From Octopus sinensis (Eukaryota), in NCBI RefSeq assembly GCF_006345805.1, contig NW_021823917.1:1-20685 (forward strand): DNA of 20,685 nucleotides. Direction: 5' to 3'. Shown here piece by piece: positions 10,866 to 20,685 of this stretch (positions are counted from its first letter, which is position 1; every line of letters starts with the position of its first letter). The notes beneath the pieces are model-generated. The model made no database searches. It was not told the origin of the DNA and saw only the letters and a list, made by a program, of their open reading frames with translations. Made by a program: the position numbers and the translations under genes.

Positions 10866-11416
10866 GAGTGAGAGAGCAGTTCATGCCATCAAAGTGACAC
10901 TGGGGTAAAATATACGAAGCCCAATACCCATCATGACTACCCGTCTGATAAGGGTACACCAGGCACATGCATCAAACCATATGTGCGCGACATGGTGATC
11001 TCATATCAAGATAAACAGCACATGACCTTGCAGGTGGGGCCCAGTTAGAATTTTCTTCAGGTTGAGTAGACCATCCTGCTCAAAAGGTCCCTGAATAAGG
11101 GTTGTTTAAGGTTGTTGAAAGAACTACCCATGTTTCCAGAGGTGAATTATTCAAACCCCAAAGAATCCCTCTCAACTCATGGCTATGATGCTCCCCCACT
11201 ACTTCTGCTCGTGATCAGAGATGCACATATCGTCAGCCACTAAGGGACATGCTCAACTGGTTAAGGTCAAACAACTGACAAGCAAATCTGTGGTATTGAG
11301 CAGAATATTTGCTGTAGCCCATCTTTTATACCAAGACAAAACAAAGTACATGATAACACTTCCAATCAGTTAAGATCAGAAGCCATGAGAGCCATTGCCT
11401 GGTACTGCATCAGGGC
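10866..11416 (-). mobile_element. ~550-bp (TAA)n-associated element, copy 3 (longest, apparently full length)
   Basis: Runs TTATT|GAGTGAGAGAGC ... TGCATCAGGGC|TATTAT, with clean junctions to (TTA)n on both sides. Confidence 0.92.
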
Positions 11417-11421
11417 TATTA

Positions 11422-11455
<34 letters not shown>

Positions 11456-11463
11456 CATCATTA

Positions 11464-11518
<55 letters not shown>

Positions 11519-11520
11519 CA

Positions 11521-11610
<90 letters not shown>

Positions 11611-11643
11611 TATTATTATTATCATTATTATTTCTATCATCAT
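11417..11643. repeat. (TAT)n/(CAT) array
   Basis: Directly visible. Confidence 0.95.
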
Positions 11644-11884
11644 CGTGGTTTTGGATAAACGGACGTGATTTCGAACACCACCGCTACAGGAAACTTGGAG
11701 TTTTACCAAGTGTTTACCGGGTGAAATAATGAAAACCTTTGCAAAGCTTAACAAACAGAAGAGACAGTGAATTCTCAATATGAAAAATAGGATTACTTTT
11801 AATGGAAGCTAAACACTTCATTGTTTGTTATTCCAAGTATCTCGTTTCCGATTTTCGCACGATTAAATATATATATTATATATG

Positions 11885-12015
11885 AATATAAGAGAGTGAC
11901 CACCATGTGGTCTACTCTAGCACTAAAAATAGATCCGCAAGGTTTCAGCCACAGAAACCTTGCGGATCTATTTTTAGTGCTAGAGTAGACCACATGGTGG
12001 TCACTCTCTTATATT
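11885..12015. repeat. Perfect 62-bp inverted repeat with 7-nt spacer (possible foldback MITE)
   Basis: 11885-11946 is the exact reverse complement of 11954-12015 (checked base by base); the spacer is AGCCACA. Confidence 0.97.
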
Positions 12016-12120
12016 TATGTATAAAATGTGTCGTAATCCGGGTATTTTATGCACTAAGCCACTTGGTGGTAAATGGATGTGCTATTAAATTAGTACCCAA
12101 TTTTCTCACCCTTATCGGTT

Positions 12121-12159
<39 letters not shown>

Positions 12160-12396
12160 GTGTGTATATCTGTGGGTGCGTGTGTGTCTGCGTGTGTGTG
12201 CAGTGATATATTTATACATATATGTAAGGTGTTTGTGCATTATCTAATAAGTGAATAAATTATTGAATATCCAATCAAATAAAAGGACAGCCAATATCTA
12301 CGAAAACCAACAACTCAATTATTCGAAAATGAGTCAAAGAGGAAAAAATTTGATATCAGAAATCAACAACCAATACTGTTCGATAATCACTTCATC

Positions 12397-12407
12397 ATGA
12401 TTGTTAC

Positions 12408-12497
<90 letters not shown>

Positions 12498-12502
12498 TTT
12501 TA

Positions 12503-12543
<41 letters not shown>

Positions 12544-12563
12544 TATTATTATTATTATTATTA

Positions 12564-12606
<43 letters not shown>

Positions 12607-12766
12607 TGTGGTGATGGTGGTAGTAGTAGTAGTGGTGGTCGTGGTCGTAATGGTAGTAGTAGTAGTAGTTGTTGTAGTAGTAGTAGTAGTAGTGTAGTAG
12701 TAGTAGTAGTAGCAGCAATAGTAGTAGTAGTGGTTGTGGTGGTGGTGGTAGTAGTAGTAGTAGTTT
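12397..12766. repeat. Compound (TAT)n then (TAG)/(TGG)/(TTG) array
   Basis: Directly visible. Confidence 0.95.
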
Positions 12767-13440
12767 CATAATGTTTTTCCATCAACCTACGTTTTACTTA
12801 TGATCGAATATTCTGGATTTTGAAATCCAATTTGCAAAATAACCCGCCACAAAAGTAATAACAACAACAATGAAGTTTCAAGTTAGATAATTTTTCAAAT
12901 TTGATTATAATTTTAGAAAAAAATTACTGATATTACACAGTACCGAGAAAATATTATTCGATTCTAATTTGTTCTAAAAATATACACAAAATCAACAAGA
13001 ACGGAAAGAGGACGTAAATGAAGAGAGCTGTAACATAAGCAACAAGAATAATAATTACAATATTAACGATAATAGCAATAATAACAAGTCATCCTTTATT
13101 TAATATAATAGCAGCCATGTTGGTTTTAATCAACAGCAAACTCCGAAACAGGATCAATTTGTTTGTGTTTTATAAATTTATAAATTAAGTACCGAAACAG
13201 CAACAGTGACGAGAATACCAGCAGCAGCAGCTGCAGCAGAAGTAAAATGATTAAGGCAGGAGTAAAAAATGACAGCAGCCGTAGATGAAGCACTGCCGCA
13301 GAAATAAAAAGGCCCTCAGCAGCAAGCAGTTTAAACGGCAGTAGCTGAAATGAAAGCGATAGTAGGAGTGAAGGGAGGAGTAAAAGAGACAACAGCAGTA
13401 AAAACGAGAGCAACATCACATTATAAAAATAAAACAACTG

Positions 13441-13510
13441 AATAATAATAATAATGATGATGACAATAACAATGATAATGATAATGATGATGATGATGAT
13501 GATGATGATG

Positions 13511-13550
<40 letters not shown>

Positions 13551-13726
13551 TAACAACAACAATAACAAGAATACTAATAATAATAATAATGATGATGATG
13601 ATACTAATAATAATGATGATGATGATAATAATAATAATAAGAAGAATAACAATAACAATAACAATAACAATAATAATAATAGTAATAATAACAATAACAA
13701 TAACAATAATAATACTAGTAATAGTA

Positions 13727-13778
<52 letters not shown>

Positions 13779-13850
13779 TGATGATGATGATGATGTTGAT
13801 GATGATGACGACGACGACGACGACGACCGACGACGACAACAACAACAACA
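13441..13850. repeat. Compound (AAT)/(GAT)/(AAC)/(GAC) array abutting the 5' end of the LINE
   Basis: Directly visible. Confidence 0.95.
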
Positions 13851-15041
13851 GGAGAATTTCTGAAGGTATAAGCTCTTTGAACAGTGTAGTGTCATATATT
13901 TCTCAGGAAAAGAAATGGAGAACTGAATGGAAATGAATGGAAATTCGAAAATGTTAGGATGAAATATGCTGTAGATATAAAATAGCTGAATGTTGTAATT
14001 GAAGAACTGAAGCAGCGCACACATGCAAAAAGATCAAAGGTAACTCGTTTTGAACAACGGATTAAGCAATTGCAGCAAACCATATTGTTTAGAACCGATC
14101 ATAAAGAGATTAATGATGATAAAAAACGTGAAAGGTTATTCTCTGATGCTGATGAAGGTCGACTTTTCTGAGGTAAGATATGGAGTAAGCAAGAACATAA
14201 TACTACAGCTGAATGGCTATGTAACCCGAAGCAAACAGCTTATCCCCAGCAAAAGGTTATCCACTTCACAGAAGACAGTATCAGAAATATGAGTAAAAAG
14301 GTTAAGCAATTGGAAATCAGCAGAACCTGATGGTGTACAGGGATTTGGGATAAAAAAAAGTTCAGTAGCTGCCATAAATTGATCGCAGAGCAATTTAATT
14401 CATTGATCGATGGAGAATAACCCCGGGCTGGTTGACAAAAGGACGAACGATGTTGTGGCTGAAGGAAGCATCAAAGGGAAATGCTCCTGACAACTACAGA
14501 GCAATTTCCTGCCTCTCGTTAATATGGAAATTACTGTCAAGAGGAATTGTAGAAGAACTGCATCAATTTCTTGATGAGAACGATATATCACCGCCGTAAC
14601 CAAAAGGCTGTAGAAGGAGATGCAGAGGTACCAAAGATCAACTATTGATAGACAAAATGGTAATGCAAGATTGTAAACGAAAGAGAACAAATCTTGGAAT
14701 GACTTATGATATGATTCCACATTCGTGAATTATCGAATGTTTAGATCTGTTTAAAATTGCGAGGAATGTAGCGTGTTTCCTGAAGAGAATTTTGCTGAGC
14801 TGGAAAACAGAACTGACGTCTTACTGAAAAAGCTTGACTCTCTGGCAATCAAAATAGGGATTTACCAGGGTGATTGCCTATCTCTGTTGCATTTTGTTCT
14901 TTGCATGCTGCCCCTCACGTTGGTATTTAGGGAAATGAACCTGGGTTGCCAGATAAAGGAAAAATCCCAAGCAATCAACCACCTCCTCTACATGGATGAA
15001 TTTAAACTGCATGGCAGAGATGAGACACGAGTGAGTTCCTT

Positions 15042-15247
15042 GGGCCCAGTTAGAATTTTCCTTTGGTCGAGTAACCCATCAAGGTCATGTGCTGTTTATC
15101 TTGATATGAGATCACCATATCACGCACAGATGTTTGTGATGCCTGTGCCTCGTGTACCCTTATCAGACGGGTAATCATGACGGATATACTGGGCTTCGTA
15201 TATTTTACCCCAGTCTCACTTTGATGGCTTGCATTGCTCTCTCACTC
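15042..15247 (+). mobile_element. ~550-bp (TAA)n-associated element, copy 4: 5'-truncated with an inverted 39-nt 5' segment
   Basis: 15081-15247 matches the 3' end of copy 1 in the same orientation. 15042-15080 matches the adjacent upstream part in the opposite orientation. Confidence 0.88.
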
Positions 15248-15263
15248 AATAATAATAATAATG

Positions 15264-15323
<60 letters not shown>

Positions 15324-15481
15324 TAATAATAATAATAAAAATAATAAAAAAATAATAATGATGATAATATAATAATATATAATAATAATAATAATAAAAA
15401 TAATATAATAATAATAATAATAATAATAATGATAATAATAAATAATAATAATAATAAAGAAGAAGAAGAAGAAGAAGAAGA
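15248..15481. repeat. (AAT)n tail ending in (GAA)n
   Basis: Directly visible. Confidence 0.95.
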
Positions 15482-16130
15482 ATGTATATGAATAGAAAGA
15501 ATGGTGGCAGAGGACAATTTGGAATTGAGTATTTTATAAGGTTCGAAAGGAGAACGCTTGCCGAGTATTTGATAAATCATGATGAAGACCTGCTGCAATG
15601 TTCACTGGCTCTTATACTGTAAATACCAATATGAAGTAACAGAGAACTGGTATGAGCATGTACCAAGTAAAGCTATGCAGGAAGATGGAAAAGTAACGAT
15701 ACTCTGGGACTATGATTTTCAGACGGATCGTATAATCGAACACCGTCGTCCGCATATTGTCGTATTGAATAAGAGAGACAAATACTGTCAGATCATTGAT
15801 GTAGCCATACCAAATGACGAGAATGTTGTGCGTAAAGAGATTGAAAATATCACCAAGTACTCCGAACTGAAAGTGGTAGTGGCAAGACTGTATGGAATAT
15901 AAAGTGACACCAGTGGTGATCGGATCGTTGGGTTCAATCCCATTGAAACTTCAAAACTTCTGAAGGCAACTGGAAATCCCGTGCAAGATTAATGTCTTGC
16001 AAATATAAAAGCAGCCTTTTTGGGCACAGCACACATCTTAAGGAAAGTATTATCTGTCTGAGGTCCTTGTTGTGACTTGACAGATGACTAAATACTTCGG
16101 TGCATTTTTACCTACACTGTGTTATGAAGG

Positions 16131-16240
16131 AATAATAATAATAATGATAATAATAATAATAATAATAATAATAATATCAATAAAATATTAGTTATAGTAA
16201 TATAATAGCGACAATAATAATAGTAATAATAAGAACAATC
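16131..16240. repeat. (AAT)n LINE tail/target, degenerating distally
   Basis: Directly visible. Confidence 0.9.
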
Positions 16241-16339
16241 TTATGATAAAAGTAATAACATACTCAAACTACAAGATTATCACAAAATCGATCTGTTTAT
16301 TACTAATCTACTACTAGTTTATTATCTATTGATTGCAAG

Positions 16340-16517
16340 CTATATATATGTGTGTATGTGAGCATGTGTATGTGTGTGTGTGTTTGTGTGTTTGTGTGTG
16401 GATTGATGAATGGATGGATGGAGGGAAGGAGAGATTCATGGCTGGCTGGATGTGTGCGTGCACGTCTGGGACCGTACATCTCTCTCTATGTGTGTATGTA
16501 TGTATATATATAATATG

Positions 16518-16560
<43 letters not shown>

Positions 16561-16561
16561 C

Positions 16562-16594
<33 letters not shown>

Positions 16595-17350
16595 ATATGT
16601 TGTATGTATGTATATATACATACATACACACACATACATACATTGTATGTATATATGTGCATATATGTATGTATGTAATGTTTATGTACAGGCCCATAAA
16701 TGAACACAAATTTAGTGGGAGACAGGTGACGGAGTTTGGGAATAAGAGAAGCAGATCGAAATTGTTCTGATTTGAAATGATTGATCAATTGATTCATTGT
16801 TTGATTGCCTAATCGAAGAATTTGATTGAGTTTTGATTGAATGACTTTCAATGGCGGAATTGTGTTGCAAGAATATCCTTACATCTTAATGTAGGCACGC
16901 AATAATGTCCCTCTCTTTTCAACAAGTAATTCAATCGTCAATGCATGTACTTGCTTTATATGTTGTGTGTTGTTTATATATATATATATATATAATATAT
17001 ATATATATATTATATATATATATATACATAGACATAGATATGTATGTATATATATACATATATACATACATAGATATATGTATGTATATACATATATATA
17101 TACATATATATACTGTATATACACATATATTTATACATACATATATAGGTATATGTATATGTATATGCAAACATATACATATAAAAGCAACCACACACAC
17201 ACTCATATGTATGTATATATAAACACATACATATATATATATCTATATACTTACACGTTTACGTGTGTGAATATAAATATGTATGTGTGTGCGTGTGTAA
17301 GCGTAAATACATATGTATATTTATATATATATATATATAGATAGATAGAT

Positions 17351-17396
<46 letters not shown>

Positions 17397-18059
17397 GTGT
17401 GTGTGTGCATATGTATGTATTCATGTAGATAATGTGTATATAAACGTGCATGTGTACTTGTGTGCGCGTGTGTGCGTGCAATTGTGTATGTGTACCTGGG
17501 TATGTGTATGTGTGTGTGTGTGTCTATGGATGTTTCTGTCTGTAAGTGTATTAATAAGATGAGTTGTATTTTAGCAAATGGAACTTCATAAGTGTTTCAT
17601 ATTTGAAAAAGATGATCAGATAAACTTAATGCATTTCGATCTCTACCTACCTATCGCCGCCATCCTCCATCTCCTCCACGGTCGTCCTTCACTCTCTGTA
17701 TACATTCACACACACACACAGATACGCATATTCATTATGTGTGTGTGTGCGTGTGTTGTGTGTGTGAGAGAGAGAGAGTATATGTGTGTGTGTACGTTCA
17801 TGCACACTACCACGCTTGAACAAAATACACAATATTAAACTCCCTATATGTTTGCATGCGTGGTGTGTGTGTGTGTGTATGTGTGTGTGTGTGTATGTGT
17901 GTGTGTGTGTGTGTGTGCAGTGTGTACGTGCATGAGAAAAGTTTGAAAGTTTGTATGTGTGCGTAATTTTTTTAAACAATAACAAGTAAAACCTTATATA
18001 CATTCACACACATCTTTAATATTTGTATATTTATATGTATACATACACACAGACACACA

Positions 18060-18098
<39 letters not shown>

Positions 18099-18240
18099 TA
18101 TATATATATATATATATATAATATATATTATATATATATATATATATACATACATACATACATACATATACATGTATGTATAACTGTGTGCATATAAATA
18201 TATATGCATTCATACCTATATATTGACATATTCATATACA
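16340..18240. repeat. Region dominated by (TG)/(TA)/(TATG)/(CA) microsatellites with short unique spacers
   Basis: Directly visible; boundaries are approximate. Confidence 0.85.
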
Positions 18241-18328
18241 TTTATCTATAATTTGCGTATTTTCTTCTAACGTGCAAAACAGTCAATAACGAAAAACGTG
18301 AAAGTACTAGAAAGAACAACAATGAAAA

Positions 18329-18645
<317 letters not shown>

Positions 18646-18659
18646 CATCATAAGCTAAT

Positions 18660-18775
18660 TTTATATATATGTATTTATATATATTATATATATATGTGTA
18701 TTTATATATATATATGTACGTATATGTGTATACATATATGTATATATGTTTCTATGTATATTGGTATATGTATGA

Positions 18776-18812
<37 letters not shown>

Positions 18813-19995
18813 CATGCATACATACCTACATACATACATGCATACATACATACGTACACACATATACAGTTGATAAGCTAAATAAAAAAATATACCGTTT
18901 TCTTTTGCTTTAAAGCTTTTCGGCCATGTTTATCTATTTAGTTCTTTGTTGTTTGCTTTTCTTTTTTCTTCTTCGAATTGTGCATTTGTAATAATAATGT
19001 TTGTGACATTGTTATGGTTAATGTTCTTTGCATTGTTTCGTACATTCGCGATGTTGTTGTTGCTGTTGTTGTTGTAGCTTTTTGTATTGTTCTTTTATTC
19101 TATTCGTATTTGCTCGCTCTTCTTTCCATGATGGATATTTCATCACCACGCCGCAATAGCATCTATCGCCATCGCCAACCCACTTATTCGACACCGTCCA
19201 CTTCATCGGCACCCTCACCATCATCACCATCAGCATCTACACTCCCTTTATTACTCTCTTAATCATATCATAAAATCTCTCCTTTCCATACACACACACA
19301 CACATACATACATGTATACACACATGCATAAATTTCTTCTCTCCTTCTCTCTCCATCTCTCTCTCTCTCTCTAAACTTATATGCATGTTTGTTTTTAATG
19401 TTTGTTTCATATATGTATACACATACGAAGATACAAGTACATATGTATGTGTAGCTATCTATCTATCTGTTGTCTGTATATGTATATATATGTATGTATG
19501 TATCTATCTATCTATTTACCTCTCTCTCTCTCTCTCTATATATATTATATATATATATAATATATATATGATTATTGATAGATAGATAAGATAGATAGAT
19601 AGATAGATTAGATAGATAGAAGATAGATAGATAAGACAGAAGATAGATATACATATATACGTATATATATGTGTGTAATGAGTGTAGGTCTTGTATCTAT
19701 GTATGAATGTATGCACAGACATGCATACCTAAATATATTAATATAAATATATCGATGTATACTTGATATATATATATTCCTTTTTTATACATATTTCAAA
19801 ATGCTACTATCATTATTATTATATTATTATTATTATTATTATTCTATTATTATTATATTATTTTTATACTATTATTTTTATTGTTATATTATTATTATTT
19901 CAATTATCAGCATCCTCATCATCATCTCATCATCAAATCATCATCATCATCATCATCATTATTTATTATTATTATTATTATTATTATTTTTATTA
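18660..19995. repeat. (TA)/(TACA)/(CA)/(CT)/(CTAT)/(GATA)/(TAT)/(CAT) microsatellite mosaic
   Basis: Directly visible; boundaries are approximate. Confidence 0.85.
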
Positions 19996-19996
19996 A

Positions 19997-20219
19997 GGTG
20001 ACGAACTGGTAGAATCGTTTAGTGCGCCGGGTAAAATGCCTTAGCTATATTTTGTCCGTCCTTACGTTCTGTGTTCGGATTCCGCCGTGGTTGACTTTAC
20101 ATATCATGCTTTCGAGGTCGGTCAAGAAAGTATCAGTCAAGTAGTGGGGTAGATGTTACCCACCATCCCACTCCCGCAATTTCAGACCTTATGTCTTATA
20201 GCAATGAGTATTATCATCA
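19997..20219 (+). mobile_element. tRNA-derived SINE (type 2), full length, in (TAT)n context
   Basis: Begins GGTGACGAACTGGTAGAATCGTT (A-box-like TGGTAGAA) and has the B-box-like GTTCGGATTCC. Reverse-complement homolog of 3584-3797. Tail is TATTATCATCA. Confidence 0.85.
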
Positions 20220-20319
20220 ACCACCACGTTTCTCTTAATCATAACTGCTCGTTCTTCTCCATCTCTTTCTCTTCTCATTATTATTGTCGTTAATATTAAT
20301 TAAATAATAATTGAATTTT

Positions 20320-20340
20320 GTAATAGTAGTAGTAAAGGTA

Positions 20341-20371
<31 letters not shown>

Positions 20372-20408
20372 TATTATTATTACTAGTAGTAGTAATAATA
20401 ATAATAAT

Positions 20409-20460
<52 letters not shown>

Positions 20461-20646
20461 TAGGAGAAATTGAATAACAGTAACTGCACCAGTTGTAGCT
20501 GAAGTGATACTTTCTCTCAAACATTATTTCCCATGAGTGAGAGGTGGATGTGCACAAGCTAATGTAGGTTTATCAGTATATCAGTACACACAGAGAAACG
20601 TATGTATATATGAATGTATGTATGTATGCATTTACCTATGTATACG

Positions 20647-20678
<32 letters not shown>

Positions 20679-20685
20679 ATATATA
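20320..20685. repeat. (TAT)/(AAT)/(GTA) triplets (to ~20460) and terminal (TATG)/(TA)
   Basis: Directly visible. Confidence 0.9.

Larger units (their letters stand above)
13850..16130 (+). mobile_element. Decayed R4/Dong-like non-LTR retrotransposon (RT plus RLE), internally deleted and interrupted at ~15042-15478
   Basis: Across frameshifts: IEELKQR...NWKSAEPDGVQG...WLTKGRT...NYRAISCL...[18 protein letters not shown]...YDMIPHS...GIYQGDCLS...INHLLYMDEFKL; then RMYMNRKNGGRG...LAEYL; then WYEHVP...ILWDYDFQTDRIIEHRRPHIVV...IIDVAIP...VIGSLG...LGTAHILRKVLSV* (stop 16059-16061), a short 3' UTR and (AAT)n from 16131. Catalytic motifs are degenerate (YMDE, RPH). Confidence 0.92.

Noticed and set aside
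11330-11416. Patchy resemblance of the 550-bp element end to U2 snRNA (ATCAGTTAAGATCAGA, CCTGGTACTGCA)
   Set aside because: The matches are short, gapped and not spaced as in U2, and similar weak matches appear on both strands. Not supportable without an Infernal search.
11360-11416. Possible HDV-like or hammerhead ribozyme at the 5' end of the 550-bp element (GCCCTGATGCAG...)
   Set aside because: CTGATGC breaks the CUGANGA core, there is no matching GAAA arm, and I could not build the HDV nested pseudoknot by eye.
11799-12206. Two opposite-strand ORFs with the same N-terminus (MVYSSTKNRSARF)
   Set aside because: A direct consequence of the 62-bp palindrome, not duplicated genes.
17565-17680. 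Possible exon after TTTTAG with an open frame (MELHKCFIFEKDD...)
   Set aside because: No convincing splice donor, no recognisable protein similarity, and the frame runs into a microsatellite.

Overview
Non-coding eukaryotic DNA, very AT-rich and saturated with microsatellites. No intact protein-coding gene, rRNA or tRNA gene is supported. The SINE types and microsatellite density resemble an octopod cephalopod genome, but this is recognition from memory, not a database result. Recognisable content: (i) two decayed RLE-type non-LTR retrotransposons of the R4/Dong group (1-1170; 13850-16130), both ending in (AAT)n; (ii) four copies of a ~550-bp non-coding element always embedded in (AAT)n/(TTA)n arrays with the same polarity as those LINE tails; (iii) a decayed RTE-like reverse transcriptase on the minus strand; (iv) at least three tRNA-headed SINE types, six copies of which are packed into 3584-5377; (v) two inverted short repeats carrying minimal hammerhead-like motifs of the Penelope type; (vi) a perfect 62-bp inverted repeat with a 7-nt loop. 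Almost all listed ORFs are microsatellite read-through artefacts. The best candidate for an undescribed system is a (TAA)n-targeting R4/Dong LINE plus non-autonomous partner element, one copy of which carries a twin-priming-like 5' inversion.
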